Assembly (NCBI GenBank): GCA_964016885.1
Contig: OZ024751.1
Span: 39,308,001-39,372,000, forward strand
Length of the DNA stretch: 64,000 nucleotides
Direction: 5' to 3'
From: Eledone cirrhosa
Taxonomy: Eukaryota
The notes beneath the pieces were generated by a model. That model ran no database searches. It saw only the letters and a list, made by a program, of their open reading frames with translations, and had not been told where the DNA came from. A program made the translations under genes and the position numbers. How positions within the stretch are numbered: the stretch's first letter is position 1; the number at the start of each line of letters is the position of its first letter. Positions 1 to 15,821 of the stretch are shown one piece after another.

Positions 1-686
1 TAAAAGATTTCTGAGTGATGGACATCGCTGGCTGCAGGAAATCCAAAGAAAAAAAATGGATATGAAATAGTAAGATTTCAACGGAAGGGGATAAAGAAAA
101 TATAAAAGAGATTGAGAGAGAGCGAGACAGAGAGAGAAATATAGAGAGAGGGAGAGTAGAAAGACAGAGAACTATAGAGAATGGGGCGAGAGGAATAGAA
201 AGAGTGACAAAGAAAGAAAGAGAAATCTAAGATTAAGAGAAAAAAAATCAGAGAGAAGGGTAATTGCGAAGTCGTGAGAGAAGAATTGGTCAAGCGATTT
301 AGTGTTTTAGACGAAATTGAATGAAGAGAGGGGAGTGTAAAGAGAGTAAGGGGGATTAAGAGGAATGCAATCAAGGATAATAATGAAGTGAAGAAGGGGA
401 GACAATTGCAGACCTAAAGTAAGATGTGTCATAAAGAAAATATTAAAAAGAACAAGATTTTGGAATGAAATGGTGTTTGTATGAACGAAAAAAAAACAAA
501 TGCAATTAATATAATGTGAAGCAAGTACTGGCTTACGACAGTTGAGAAATATAAGAAATAAAATGAGTTAATGACGGCAGAAGAATGAGGAAGGGTGGGA
601 GGAAAAGCAAGAACGAGAGAGAGAGTGAAGGATAGAGATGGAAGTGGGAACGAAAGAGAGGGGGGGGGCGACGGATAGAGAATGCA

Positions 687-740
<54 letters not shown>

Positions 741-800
741 TGGAAATGGGAACGAGAGAGAGAGATGGAAATGGGAACGAGAGAGAGAGATGGAAATGGG

Positions 801-855
<55 letters not shown>

Positions 856-1511
856 TGGAAATGGGAACGAGAGAGAGAGAGAGAGAGAGAGTGATAGGCA
901 TAACTTTCCTCTAAGCTGTTGTACAGGTTTTACCGACCAAACTGACCAGCAAGAAGGTTACAAAGTTTACAAATTACAGCATCTGTAACATAGAAAAAAA
1001 TGGTAGAAAATGTTGAGATTAAGATGAGATTAAAAGAGACACTAAAATGGTTACCGTATTAATAATATATATTGTTGCCTTTCACACTTTCTCTTCTTTT
1101 TTTCATCATCTCTCTTTTTATCATAACTATATTTCAGTTCTTCCCTCTCGCTTTCTTTCGCCCTCTCACTCTCCCTTTCTCTTTCTAGCCCCATATATAT
1201 ATGCTTTTTCTTTCTCTGAATTTCAATCCATCCTTCTTACAATCTCCCCCAGCCGTTTCTCTCTCCATTTCACACATACAGCAAACACAAGGTTTCCTAT
1301 TTCAATCCTAAATTCCCTCTATTGATACCAAGTATCCTTACTCAACATTTATCCTTATCCAACGTATCTGGCTCCCTAAATATTCTCTCACTTTTCCTAT
1401 ATTTAACTGGTTTCTTTTTGGACACCTCTTCATTTCTTTCCATCACATTAGACTCTCTCTATATTTTCTTCACTCTTTTCCCTCCATATCCTGTTATAAT
1501 CGCTCTTTCTC

Positions 1512-1548
<37 letters not shown>

Positions 1549-1854
1549 CTCTCTCTTTCTCTCTCTCTTTCTCACTATGTATATATATATATATATCGTT
1601 CTCTCACTCACTCACTCTCTCTCTCTTTCTCTCTCTCTTTCTCACTATGTATATGTATATATATATATATCGTTCTCTCGTTCTCTCTTTCACCATATTC
1701 TTTTCCACATTCCTCTCTTTCTCTCACTCTCTCTCTCTCTCTCTTTATAAATATATATACATATATATATTATATATATATATATTATATATATATATAT
1801 ATATATACGTGTGTGTGTTTGTGTGTACTTGTGGATTATAAAGATTACCGATAT

Positions 1855-2460
1855 CTATCTTTCTCTATCTTCCTTCACCAGCCCTCTCCCTCCCTCTTTC
1901 TCTATCTTCCTTCACCAGCCCTCTCCCTCCCTCTTTCTCTATCTTCCTTCACCAGCCCTCTCCCTCCCTCTTTCTCTATCTTCCTTCACCAGCCCCCTCC
2001 CTCGTTCTCTATCTTGCTTTACCATCCCCTCCCTCTTTCTCTATCTTCCTTCACCAGCCCTCTCCCTCCCTCTTTCTCTATCTTCCTTCACCAGCCCTCT
2101 CCCTCCCTCTTTCTCTATCTTCCTTCACCAGCCCCCTCCCTCGTTCTCTATCTTCCTTTACCATCCCCTCCCTCTTTCTTAATCTTCCTTCACCAGCCCC
2201 CTCCCTCCCTCTTTCCCTACCTTCCTTCACCATCCCCTCCCTCCCTCTTTCTCTATCTTCCTTCACCAGCCCCCTCCCTCGTTCTCTATCTTGCTTTACC
2301 ATCCCCTCCCTCAGCCCCCTCCCTCGTTCTCTATCTTCCTTTACCATCCCCTCCCTCTTTCTTAATCTTCCTTCACCAGCCCCCTCCCTCCCTCTTTCCC
2401 TACCTTCCTTCACCATCCCCTCCCTCCCTCTTTCTCTATCTTCCTTCACCAGCCCCCCCA
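1855..2460. repeat. Polypyrimidine minisatellite (~37-40 bp unit)
   Basis: CTCTTTCTCTATCTTCCTTCACCAGCCCTCTCCCTCC repeated with variants. Confidence 0.9.
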
Positions 2461-2690
2461 CCCCACTCCTACCGTTCAATGTTCTCCTTCATCACCTGCT
2501 TCACCAAGGAAAGAAGATATTTTTCGGAAACAAAAACCAAAATTAGCAAAAAAGTTTCAATTAAAAAGGAACGAATGTAAAATAAATAAAATCATATATA
2601 TGTATGTGTGCATATGTGTGTGTGTATGTGTTGGTGTATGTATGTGGTTGTTTCTTTGCGTGTGTATCTGTGTGCATATATATGTTTATA

Positions 2691-2731
<41 letters not shown>

Positions 2732-2737
2732 TTACAC

Positions 2738-2927
<190 letters not shown>

Positions 2928-3079
2928 TGTGTGTCTATGTGTGTATAAAAGGAAACAGAAAAAAAATTGTAATTTAGAAGCGGAAGAGTTAAGAAATTTT
3001 TTTTCCTTCTTTCTTTCGCTCTAAAATTAGTCAAAAGTGAAAGTAGAAATAACGAAACAAATCTCTTCCATTTGCCTTT

Positions 3080-3174
<95 letters not shown>

Positions 3175-3379
3175 TTTCTATAGTTTTTATTTCTATATAT
3201 TTCTGTGGGAGCTTTTTTCAACCCTTCAGTATCTCCATTTCCACATTTGTTTCTTATTTACTTGTTTGTTTAGTAAAGTTTATATATATATATATATATA
3301 TAATTGTTTGGTGGTAGATTATGTGTTTCATTATTGTTTTGAATTATTTCTTTTGTTTTGTTGTTTAATTTTAATAAAT

Positions 3380-4078
3380 ATTTTATATTTTGTTTTATTT
3401 TTTATTTATTTTATATTTTATATTTTATATTTTATATTTTATATTCTATATTTTATATTTTAGATTCTGTATTTTATATTTTATACTTTATATTCTATAT
3501 TTTATATATCATATTTTATATTTTATATTCTATATTTTATATTTTATATTCTATATTCTATATTTTATATTTTATATTTTATGTTCTATATTCTATATTT
3601 TATATTTTATATTTTATATTCTATATTTTATATTTTATATTTTATATTTTGTTTTCTTTATCTTATATTTTATATTTTTTATATTTTGTTTTCTTTATCT
3701 TATATTATATATTTTATATTTTGTTTTCTTTATCTTATATTTTATATTCTATATTTTATATTTTATATTTTATATTTTATATTTTATATTTTATATTCTA
3801 TATTTTATATTTTATACTTTATTTACTATATTTTATATTCTATATTTTATATTTTATATTTTATATTTTATATTCTATATTTTATATTTTATATTTATTT
3901 ACTATATTTTATATTCTATATTTTATATTTTATATTTTTATTCATATATTCTATATTTTATATTCTATTTTTATTTATCCTATATTCTATACTTTATATT
4001 TTATATTTTCTTTAATTTATCCTATATTTTAAATTCTATATTCTATATTTTATATTTTATATTTTATATTTTATTTTA
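3380..4078. repeat. (TATATTT/TATATTC)n heptamer repeat
   Basis: Direct inspection. Confidence 0.9.
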
Positions 4079-4201
4079 CAACTTTCACTTCCGTTCAGAT
4101 ATTATCCATCTTTCTTCTATATTCGCTCAACTGACATTGTTATTTTTTTTTTACTCATTCGTTTCTCCTTCCTTCAGTCTTCTCTTCTATCCCTTCTTTC
4201 G

Positions 4202-4283
<82 letters not shown>

Positions 4284-4349
4284 TACGTTCTGTACATATA
4301 TATACATATATATATGTGTATGTGTGTGTGTGTGATGAGATGAGAGACA

Positions 4350-4392
<43 letters not shown>

Positions 4393-4549
4393 GAGATCAC
4401 GGTTTCTCGTTTACTCTGGGGTAATTTTCTTTATCTTTTTATCCCATTTATATATACATATTTATATATATATATATATATATTCATAGGAAAAAGTATG
4501 ACCCCGACGGCAGAGCTCAAGCCGTTTAGACGGCTATTTCTGGACTATT

Positions 4550-4820
4550 TCTGGACAGTTCTTCTGCTATTCAAAAGTAGAGTTGAGATGGAGGGTCTGT
4601 GGTTTTTTCTGTGAGAAAAACCAGACCCTCCATCTCAACTCTACTTTTGAAAAGCAGAAGAACAACGAAACCGGTAAAGGGACCAAATAAATATATATAT
4701 ATATATATTTTAAATAAGACTCCAGTTGCATTTTCGATTTCATCTTTTTTTCTTTATACTTTCATTCGTCTAGGACACCGCGGTTATTTTTGATTTTGTA
4801 AAAATATCTCACTTTCTAAT
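4550..4820 (+). mobile_element. Dispersed repeat with ~50-bp hairpin followed by GAAACCGGTA (copy 1)
   Basis: Hairpin at 4558-4663. High similarity to 48156-48408. Confidence 0.7.
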
Positions 4821-4927
4821 ATATATATATCTTTCTGACTTGACCACTGCCACGTCACAGTTCTCAGCCATTTTGAATTCGTGTTTGGCGGAGTCCACTT
4901 CAGAAAATAATTTGTCCTAGCGAGTTT

Positions 4928-5006
4928 GTCCTCTGAAGAGCTCTAAACTCGAGATTTATCCTTAATATGATATCTCAAAATGAGAGCGAAACCCGTGGGT
5001 CGGGAT
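4928..5006 (+). ncRNA. Type I hammerhead ribozyme with long stem II
   Basis: GTCCT-CTGAAGA-GCTCT...AGAGC-GAAA-CCC GT GGG-TC-GGGAT. Canonical G-C base of stem II and a GUC triplet, in an island between (TA)n tracts. Confidence 0.8.
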
Positions 5007-5891
5007 TTAGTGATTTAATCCTGGTATGTCTATAAGCATTTCTAACTTTAATTTTATACCTAATTGTGTATGGTTGACCGTATATTTAATTAATTTCCAC
5101 GTGCTGTTGAAATTGGGTAAATATTCTATAGCGGTTGGCCGCGAAGACGCCGCTGTCGTGTATTTATTTACTGTTTCTTCATAGGTGCCTTTCAATCTTA
5201 GAGCCTGGTCTAATTGATGTTTTGTGTGGTTAATTATGCTAATTGGGAGAAGAAATAATGTATATATATTATCAAATAATTCTCTGGACATGCTTTACTT
5301 TATAGCATATATATATATATATATATACATATGGATATGTATGCGTCTGTGTGTGTTTGTTTGTTAGCGTGTGTGTTTGTTAGCGGGTGTGTATGTGTCT
5401 ATGTGTGTGCATGTGTGCGTGTGTGTTTGTCACAGTCTGTATGTGGATGTGGGGTGATATCGGGAAATATTGTTTACGGATGTAGCTACTAAATATATAT
5501 AGTTCCATGTTTCATAAGCCTTCTAATTAATTCCCTCATCCACTTGTTGTTGATCTTACTGTTGTTATTGTTGTTGTTGCTGTTATTGTTGTTGCTGTTA
5601 CTGTTGTTATTGTTGTTGTTGCTGTTATTGTTGTTGCTGTTACTGTTGATATTGTTGTTGTTGCTGTTGTTGCTGTTGTTGTTGCTGTTATTGTTGTTGC
5701 TATTACTATTGTTATTGTTGTTGTTGCTGTTGTTGTTGTTGTTGTTATTGTATTTCCTGTTGTTACAGTTATGCCGGCTGGTGTTTCCTTTCTTTCTTTT
5801 TTATTTAAATTTATTTTTATTTATTTATCTTTATCTCTCTAAATATTTATATATATATATATATGTATATATATATGTTTATATATACATA

Positions 5892-5930
<39 letters not shown>

Positions 5931-6021
5931 TATATGCATGTATGTATGTATATAGTTTTATACATGTATATATAATATACACGCACTCATATATATAATA
6001 CACACATGTATACATCTATAC

Positions 6022-6081
<60 letters not shown>

Positions 6082-6147
6082 ATATATATATATAAACGGA
6101 AAAAATGAAACGAAATTTCATTTCTCATACATACTTTATATATATAC

Positions 6148-6248
<101 letters not shown>

Positions 6249-6344
6249 CTTTTCGTCCAATACACACAATTTCTGTGTTCCTATATACTAAGATCAGCTG
6301 ACGAAATTATCTTCAAGATTATGACAATGATGGTGATGATAATA

Positions 6345-6385
<41 letters not shown>

Positions 6386-6536
6386 ATTGATGATGATGAT
6401 GGTAATAATGATGATGACGAGAATATCATTGCTAATGATGAAGTTCATTATGTTGATGATGATAATGATAATTATGTGGAATAAATTTAATATTAGGATG
6501 CTCATTAAGATGATGGTGATGATTATGGGATATTGA

Positions 6537-6728
6537 TAATTGTTTCTACTTTTGGCCCAAGGCCAACAATTACCCAGTGTATTACTGGTACTTTATTGTA
6601 TCGACCCCGTAATGATGAAAGGTAAAGTTAACCTTAGCGCGATTTGAACTCAGAACGTAAAGGGCCGTAACTCTATGCGTCAAAGCATGGTGTCCGTCCC
6701 TCTACCGATACTGCCAATCCACCGCCCC
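6537..6728 (-). mobile_element. tRNA-derived SINE (family A, Meta-domain-like core)
   Basis: A box TGGCAGTATCGG, B box GAGTTCAAATC, core similar to GCCTTTCATCCTTACGGGGTCGATAAAATAAAGTACCAG, and (ATT)n tail. More than 10 copies in the window. Confidence 0.85.
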
Positions 6729-6889
6729 TATTGATGAAGATAAGGATGATGATGATGATGAAGATGATGTTGATGGTGATTATGATGAATTTTAGGATGG
6801 TGATGGTGATGATGAAGATGATTATGATGGTTATGATGATGGTGATGATGATGATGACGACGACGATGATGATGATGACGATGATGATA

Positions 6890-6929
<40 letters not shown>

Positions 6930-7081
6930 GCCGCAGTCATGTGCGGTGGAATGTGCTCTTGGTAACACAGTGTATATATTTTGTACGTGAGAGACGAGGA
7001 AAGTCATGTAATGAGAGAGACAGAGAGAGAGAATGTAAATGAGAAAGCACGATATATATGTATGTATATATATACATAAAG

Positions 7082-7203
<122 letters not shown>

Positions 7204-7243
7204 CATATATTTATATATATACGTATATATTCATATATGTGTG

Positions 7244-7293
<50 letters not shown>

Positions 7294-7304
7294 TATGTAT
7301 ACAT

Positions 7305-7345
<41 letters not shown>

Positions 7346-7371
7346 CACACATATGCACATATATAGACCCA

Positions 7372-7410
<39 letters not shown>

Positions 7411-7491
7411 ATATATATTAATACACAGTTCCATATATGGAGAGAGAGTGTGTGTGTCTGTGTGTATGTGTCCGTGTGTCTTTGAGTCTAT

Positions 7492-7551
<60 letters not shown>

Positions 7552-8043
7552 CAGAGAGGAGAGAGAGAAACAGAGAATTAGGTGGGAAATATAAAGATAA
7601 TATGTTAGATTATAAAGAAAAGCATAGGATTAATTTTACACCAAAAAACCTGCTTTGGCCGCATTGCTTTTAATTTTAATGAAGATTACAAATAGAATTC
7701 TAGATTATGGGTATATTTTAAGACGCCAGGTGCTGAGTTACTGTTTTTTACCATTTATTTCCTTCTTCTAGAAAGTTCGTTATGAACTGAATAGGTTAGT
7801 TCCCTTTGCATAGTTGATCCTATAACGTGATAGCAAATAAGATTTTTAAGTTTGTATGTATGCATCTATGTATGTATGTATGTATGTATGTACGTGTCTC
7901 TGTATGTATGTACGTATGTATGTATGTATGTAAGTTGGTAAGAAGGTATGTGTGTATATATGTATGTATGAATGTATATGTATGTTTATATGTATGTATG
8001 AATGTATATATGTATGTATGTATGTATATGTATGTTTGTATGT

Positions 8044-8074
<31 letters not shown>

Positions 8075-8993
8075 TGTATGTATGTATATGTATGTTTATA
8101 TGTATGTATATATGTATGTATATGTATGCTTATATGTATGTATGTATATGTATGTTTATATCTATGTATGTGTGTATATGCATGTATGTATAATGTATGT
8201 AATTTGGTAAGGAGGTATGTATGTGGGTAGATATCTAACTAGGTATATAGTTTTGTATGTGTATATGGTATATGTGTGTGCGTGTAGTAAGTGGTGTGTG
8301 GTCTTGTGTGGTGTGGTGTGGTGTGGTGTGGTGTGGTGTGGTGTGGTGTGGTGTGGTGTGGTGTGGTGTGGTGTGGTGTGGTGTGGTGTGGTGTGGTGTG
8401 GTGTGGTGTGGTGGTAGTGAAGGAGGAACAAATTGTTTTATAATTTTAGGTACTTTGGTTATATAACAGAACAAAGAAATCAATGCAATACACACACACA
8501 CACATAATACATATATGCAGACATGCATACATACTTACATAGATACATACATACATACATACATACATACATACATACATACATACATACATACATACAT
8601 ACAAACATACATACATACATACATGCATACATACATACATATATACATGCATGCAAACATACATACATACATGCATAAAGGCATGCATACTTACATACAC
8701 TCATGCATACATAGACACACGCTTACATACATACATAAATATTCTGCATCTAATAACGGTATATACATGCATACACACATACATGCATACACACAAAAAC
8801 ACATACAGACATACATACGTATTTACTTTGTTTATGTTATCTAAATTCGAATGAAAGAGTCTTTATGTTAGAAACGAACGAACTCTCTCTATATATAAGG
8901 GAACGAGCGAAGGTTTCAAGAACACCCGGTTTGTCCGGTCCCTTGTCGATTCAATTTGGATTGCCTCGGGAACGTAACCTTATTATGTAAGAA

Positions 8994-9068
8994 GCTGTCT
9001 GATGATATCACGGCACTGGGTACACGGAATCTTGTGGCCACTGTCGTCATTGAAATATGTATCACAGC
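8994..9068 (+). ncRNA. Type I hammerhead ribozyme
   Basis: GCTGT-CTGATGA-long stem II (ACGGCA/TGTCGT)-GAAA-TATGTA-TC-ACAGC. Homologous copy at 24446-24519. Confidence 0.75.
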
Positions 9069-9119
9069 ATTATAATTAAAGGACTTTAACATCTCAAACT
9101 ACTTCGCATTTTCTTATTC

Positions 9120-9270
<151 letters not shown>

Positions 9271-9998
9271 ATGTTGGTGAACATTTATAGAATAATATAA
9301 CAAGACGAACATACATACATAAAAGCATTAAGTTATACAAACTTATATATATATGATTGTCTACATTTCTAAACATTTCAGCTCATTCGCAGCTTCAATA
9401 TTTACAATGGGATGCTTTTTCTTCTATATTTCTGTAGTTTGACTAAAGGCATAGCTTGTCTCTCCAATTTACACCGGAATGGTATCGACCTTAATTAACC
9501 GAAAACGTGGTAATTTCCAGAGGTTGACTGATTATACTGAACAGTCCGTCTTCCTGTTGTTTTTTCCTTGATTATTCTTCTATATCTCTTTCTGACATTC
9601 TCTCTCTCATTTTCTATCCTTCCCTGGAAGACGGCTACTTTGGTCAGATTTGGAGAGAGGGGGACTAGCCTAGGTCAGGTTTAAAATGCTTCAGAAACGC
9701 CGTATGCCGCTACGACAACGCTACATCTCCATCAGGAGTCACGAAACAAGAGTGAAAGTAAAGCAACCTAGAAGTTCTAACTTTTGGACATGATGTGTAT
9801 ATAAGTATAAATACATCTGAAGAATAGAATATCTCAATTGTATGTTACATTTGTCCATTGCTATCATATATTTTATCATATCACACGATCTCCCCCCCCC
9901 CCCCATATATATATACATATATATATATACACACACACACATATATATATATATAAATATATGCATTTTTATTTATATATACATAAATATGCATACAC

Positions 9999-10032
<34 letters not shown>

Positions 10033-10182
10033 TTACATGCATATACACATAAATGTATACATACATATATAACACTAAGACAGAGAAATGAAGTGATCTA
10101 AAAAACATAGATATAAAGATTTAATCCAGGAATCTTACATTTCTTTGATTTTTCTGCTTTCAACAAAACATTTCGTCTTTAA

Positions 10183-10382
10183 GCATATCTCCATATACAT
10201 ACATACGATCATAGCTTTCTATGCATATCTCCATATACATACATACGATCATAGCTTCCTATGCATATCTCCATATACATACATACGATCATAGCTTCCT
10301 ATGCATATCTCCATATACATACACACGTTGATAGCTTCCTCTATATATCTCCATATAAATACATACGTTCATAACTTCCTCT
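10183..10382. repeat. 40-bp minisatellite, 5 units
   Basis: GCATATCTCCATATACATACATACGATCATAGCTTCCTAT at 10183, 10223, 10263, 10303 and (diverged) 10343. Confidence 0.92.
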
Positions 10383-10757
10383 GTTTATATGCTGCAGATT
10401 GTCACATTTTATGCTAATATCTTATACATACGATACGCTATTGCAGATAGCAGTGCATTTCTGTTTGTAAAGAGAGATATTAGATATATACGTAGTGTAT
10501 ACGTATATATATACGTACGTATATATATATATATATGTATGCATACATATATAAATATATTTAAAACAATTGATATTATCTCGATGTCTTGTTTTGTCAT
10601 TCTAAAAGAAACAGAAATATCTTTCAACATTCATATCATAATATGCCATTCCTTGTGTACGTACGCGTGTTTGAATATATATATATGTGCGTGTGTATGT
10701 GCGTGTGTGTGTGTGTGTGTGTGAGTGTGTGTGCGTATGTGTGTGTGAGTGTGTGTG

Positions 10758-10898
<141 letters not shown>

Positions 10899-11223
10899 CT
10901 GTGTGTGCGTATGTGTGTGTGTGTGTGTGTGTGTTTGGATAGATAATTACATGTATATGTATTCAGGTATACATTTATATGTTTGTATAAAATAAATAAA
11001 TACTTATAGATGCTCAGATATATACTTATATTGTATATATGTAAGTATATATACTTTATACAGTATAATATATATATATAGCCATGCATCCATACATATA
11101 CACAAATATCTATCTATCTATCTATACATCTATATATATATACAGTATATACAGAAGGAGACAGAAAGAAAAAGAGATAGAGTAATATGGTTAGGTAGAA
11201 AGATATACATATACACATATGCA

Positions 11224-11343
<120 letters not shown>

Positions 11344-12581
11344 TTTCTGTGTGTTAGTATCTTTGTCTTTAGGCGCCAGTAGTTGTTTCCTTAAACATTG
11401 GATCTAAAAGCACATCACTTCATCTCTTCTGTCAGAAAAGATGATGAGACACTGAAGAAGGTAAGAGATCAGAGGTTAGCTTCAATGAAGAACACAAGAC
11501 CTTTACACAGAGTTCATCTACTCGAGTGTCTTTACCACTAAACTCACAATTTACAATAGCCGCCATTTTGTCTATTCGGATTGCTTACCGGAAATGCGGA
11601 TTGCATACGATATTCGAGATCCCTTTCCTCGTGCATGTTTTTGCCTCTATGTTTATTTATAACTTTTCTTTATTTTATTGTCTGCTTCTTTTGTGATTGT
11701 TATTGATAATATTATATTATGATAGATTTACTTGTTGATGTTGTTTCCTTGGTCTATTCTCGGTGAAATGTAAAGTTAGTCAATTTTCTAACTAACCGAT
11801 CCATTACCTTACGTTCTTAAGTATTACTATTGTTCTTATACATTCATTCCAGCTTTTAATCTTGTCTTTAATTTTTCTATACTTTACTTTCTGATTCAAA
11901 GAAGGTTATTTACAGATCGACTGAAATACATGCCCCCCACCCCCTTCACAAACATAAACACACACGCAGGCGTATATATATGAGTGTATGTATGTGTTGA
12001 AGTATGTATGTGTGTGGTTACGTATGTATGTGTTTGCATATAATTGTATGTATGTAAGTGTAGGTGTGTGTTTACATATACATATGTGTTTGAGTATGCA
12101 TGTATCTTTGCATATATGTTTCTATGTTTCTTTGTATGTATGTATATATGTATGCATGTATGTATATATGAATGTATGTATATATATATGTATGTATGCA
12201 TGAATGTATATATGTATGCAACTATTTTACTTGTTTGGTTAGTGTCGACGTCTGAGACCATCTGTTGAAATTGTAAAGGCTTCATGTTTGAAATTCCTGC
12301 TAGTCGTTGTTTTAAAAGTGAACAATACGCATGTAGCATTATATCAACAATATTTTATTTTGTAATAGTATACTGTATACTATTAATTATCAAGACATTT
12401 CGTCGTATTTTTACGACCTGGTAACTGACATTAGCTATTCCACTAAAGGAAATACAATAAGAGCGATCTTCAATACGGGAAGGAATGAATGATAAAGAAA
12501 AGAAGCAACAATGTATAGAATACTTAAGAGAATAAAGTTTGGAAGTAACTAATAAAAGTTTTACGATCACAGGTCCGATAC

Positions 12582-12683
12582 TATGGGCATGTAGTTAGAA
12601 TGTCTCGGGAAAGAATCAATGGACAGATTTTACGGGTAAAACCGACTCGCAGGAAACACAAGGGTACACCTCGAGCAGTATAG
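12582..12683 (+). pseudogene. RTE-type LINE ORF C-terminal remnant
   Basis: Translates YGHVVRMSRERINGQILRVKPTRRKHKGTPR, matching the (W)xGHVxRM...G.PR motif downstream of RT in RTE-like LINEs. Confidence 0.6.
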
Positions 12684-12828
12684 TTTAACCCTGCGATTAA
12701 GTTTTGTACTCCATGTCGCTTAACGCCAAAGATGACTGTGACAAGCCCCTGCCTAATGAGCTTCAGGGCTTGACATAGACTTAGATAAAATGTGAGGTTG
12801 TTGGATTAATAATCCTGAGGTTGCGAGT

Positions 12829-13022
12829 TCATCATCATCATTATCATCATCATTTTACGTCCGCTTTTCCCTGCTTGCAAGGGTGGGACGGGTCCTATTC
12901 AGCACAGCATCTCTCCACTTGTCACGGTCCTTTTTCATCTCCTCCGTGAGCTTCAACGATCTGAGGTCTGCTCTCACCACCTCCGCCCATGTTTTTCGTG
13001 GTCTCCCACTACTGCGTCTTCC
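12829..13022 (-). mobile_element. 5'-truncated RTE-type LINE 3' end with (TGA)n tail
   Basis: GRRSSGRPRKTWAEVVRADLRSLKLTEEMKKDRDKWR...stop, followed directly by (ATG)n. Confidence 0.8.
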
Positions 13023-13078
13023 CCAATATTTCCATCTGGCAAACTCCATTCTACTACTACTACTACTACTACTACTAC

Positions 13079-13166
<88 letters not shown>

Positions 13167-13167
<1 letters not shown>

Positions 13168-13550
13168 GCCTGATTGTGGATGGGCCTGCCCATTCGACAC
13201 GAGAGTGCAAGAGAAGGAGAGGGAGAAAATTAACCGATACCAGGACTTAAAGTGGGAGGTAAAAAGGATTTGGAACTGCCATGAAGTCAAAGTGGTCCCG
13301 ATTGTCATAGGCGCACTAGGGACTATCTCAAAAAGTTTCCAGGGATGGTTAAAGAAAATTGGCCCCGCCACGCTTTTTGGAACGCTTCAAAAGGCATGCT
13401 TGCTGGGAACAGCAAGAACCCTCCGATACGTCCTGAATATCTGAAGTTGCAGGTAGTGGCTTGATATTCATTTCAACAAACTTTCCAGTTAACTAACATC
13501 AATGACTGAGACTCAAAGAACAATAATAATAATAATAATAATAATAATAA
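13167..13550 (+). mobile_element. 5'-truncated R4/Dong-type non-LTR retrotransposon (restriction-like endonuclease C-terminus) in (TAA)n
   Basis: LIVD/ACPFDTRVQEKEREKINRYQDL...VVPIVIGALG...LQKACLLGTARTLRYVL, a short 3' UTR, and (AAT)n on both sides. Confidence 0.85.
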
Positions 13551-13639
13551 TTGTTTCTACTTTTGGCACAAGGCCAGCAATTACTGCAGTGCATTACTGG
13601 TACTTTATTTTACTGGCGTAAGAAAGAAGGTCTGTGTGT

Positions 13640-14900
13640 TGTTCTGTGTCTGTTGTTATGTGTGTTGTGGTGTTGTGTGGTATGTTGTTGTGTGGTGTGT
13701 TGTGGTGCTGTGTGGTATGTTGTTGTGTGGTGTGTTGTGGTGCTGTGTGGTATGTTGTTGTGTGGTGTGTAGTGGTGCTGTGTGGTATGTTGTTGTGTGG
13801 TGTGTTGTGGTGCTGTGTGGTATGTTGTTGTGTGGTGTGTAGTGGTGCTGTGTGGTATGTTGTTGTGTGTAGTGGTGTTGTGTGGTATGTTGTTGTGTGG
13901 TGTGTTGTGGTGCTGTGTGGTATGTTGTTGTGTGTAGTGGTGTTGTGTGGTATGTTGTTGTGTGGTGTGTTGTGGTGCTGTGTGGTATGTTGTTGTGTGG
14001 TGTGTAGTGGTGTTGTGTGGTATGTTGTTGTGTGGTGTGTTGTGGTGCTGTGTGGTATGTTGTTGTGTGTAGTGGTGTTGTGTGGTATGTTGTTGTGTGG
14101 TGTGTTGTGGTGCTGTGTGGTATGTTGTTGTGTGGTGTGTAGTGGTGTTGTGTGGTATGTTATTGTGTGGTGTGTTGTGGTGCTGTGTGGTATGTTGTTG
14201 TGTGTAGTGGTGTTGTGTGGTATGTTGTTGTGTGGTGTGTTGTGGTGCTGTGTGGTATGTTGTTGTGTGGTGTGTAGTGGTGCTGTGTGGTATGTTGTTG
14301 TGTGTAGTGGTGTTGTGTGGTATGTTGTTGTGTGGTGTGTTGTGGTGCTGTGTGGTATGTTGTTGTGTGGTGTGTAGTGGTGTTGTGTGGTATGTTGTTG
14401 TGTGGTGTGTTGTGGTGCTGTGTGGTATGTTGTTGTGTGGTGTGTAGTGGTGTTGTGTGGTATGTTGTTGTGTGGTGTGTTATGGTGCTGTGTGGTATGT
14501 TGTTGTGTGGTGTGTAGTGGTGCTGTGTGGTATGTTGTTATGTGGTGTGTTGTGGTGCTGTGTGGTATGTTGTTGTATGGTGTGTTGTGGTGTTGTGTGG
14601 TATGTTGTTGTGTGGTGTGTTGTGGTGCTGTGTGGTATGTTGTTGTGTGGTGTGTTGTGGTGCTGTGTGGTATGTTGTTGTGTGGTGTGTTGTGGTGCTG
14701 TGTGGTATGTTGTTGTGTGGTGTGTTGTGGTGCTGTGTGGTATGTTGTTGTGTGGTGTGTTGTGGTGCTGTGTGGTATGTTGTTGTGTGGTGTGTTGTGG
14801 TGCTGTGTGGTATGTTGTTGTGTGGTGTGTTGTGGTGCTGTGTGGTATGTTGTTGTGTGGTGTGTAGTGGTGCTGTGTGGTGTTGTGTGGTGTTGTTGGG
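13640..14900. repeat. 35-bp (and 30-bp variant) GT-rich minisatellite
   Basis: TGTGGTATGTTGTTGTGTGGTGTGTTGTGGTGCTG tandem. Confidence 0.93.
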
Positions 14901-15093
14901 TATTGTATTAGTGTCAGTTGTGTGTAAATATCTTAGCAAGTGAATCAACCAATACCATGACACTATTCATTAAAGACACAGTCAACCATTGATCATTGCA
15001 GTTAATACTGGACCTTTACAGGTGTTATTAATGGAAGGCATGGCTTGCAACACTGCATTGTCATAAATCCTCCTCCGCACCTCTTGAACACTG

Positions 15094-15165
<72 letters not shown>

Positions 15166-15182
15166 GCTACTACTACTACTAT

Positions 15183-15237
<55 letters not shown>

Positions 15238-15364
15238 GGTACTACTACTACTACTACTGGTACTACTACTACTACTACTATTACCACCACTACTACTACT
15301 ACTTCTACTACTACTAATGCTACTACTAATACTACTACTACCAATACAACGCCTATTACTACTT

Positions 15365-15415
<51 letters not shown>

Positions 15416-15574
15416 TTACCACAACTACTGGTAGTAGTAGTAGTAGTAGTAGTAGTAGTATTAATACTGATATGACATAGAATAGCTGGTCGAATACCCA
15501 CGCATATATTCACTGCAACATCATCACAAGGCGCTCTTTCGATCTGCATATATAAATATACAATATATATATAT

Positions 15575-15633
<59 letters not shown>

Positions 15634-15680
15634 CATATATATATTTATAAACACATATAAATTGATATACATACATGCAT

Positions 15681-15747
<67 letters not shown>

Positions 15748-15784
15748 CAAAAGTACAAATTCATTCTCTCCGTCTATCTCTGTA

Positions 15785-15821
<37 letters not shown>

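Noticed and set aside
9660-9740. Minus-strand CTGATGG...GAAG motif
   Set aside because: Both core boxes deviate and the stems are weak.
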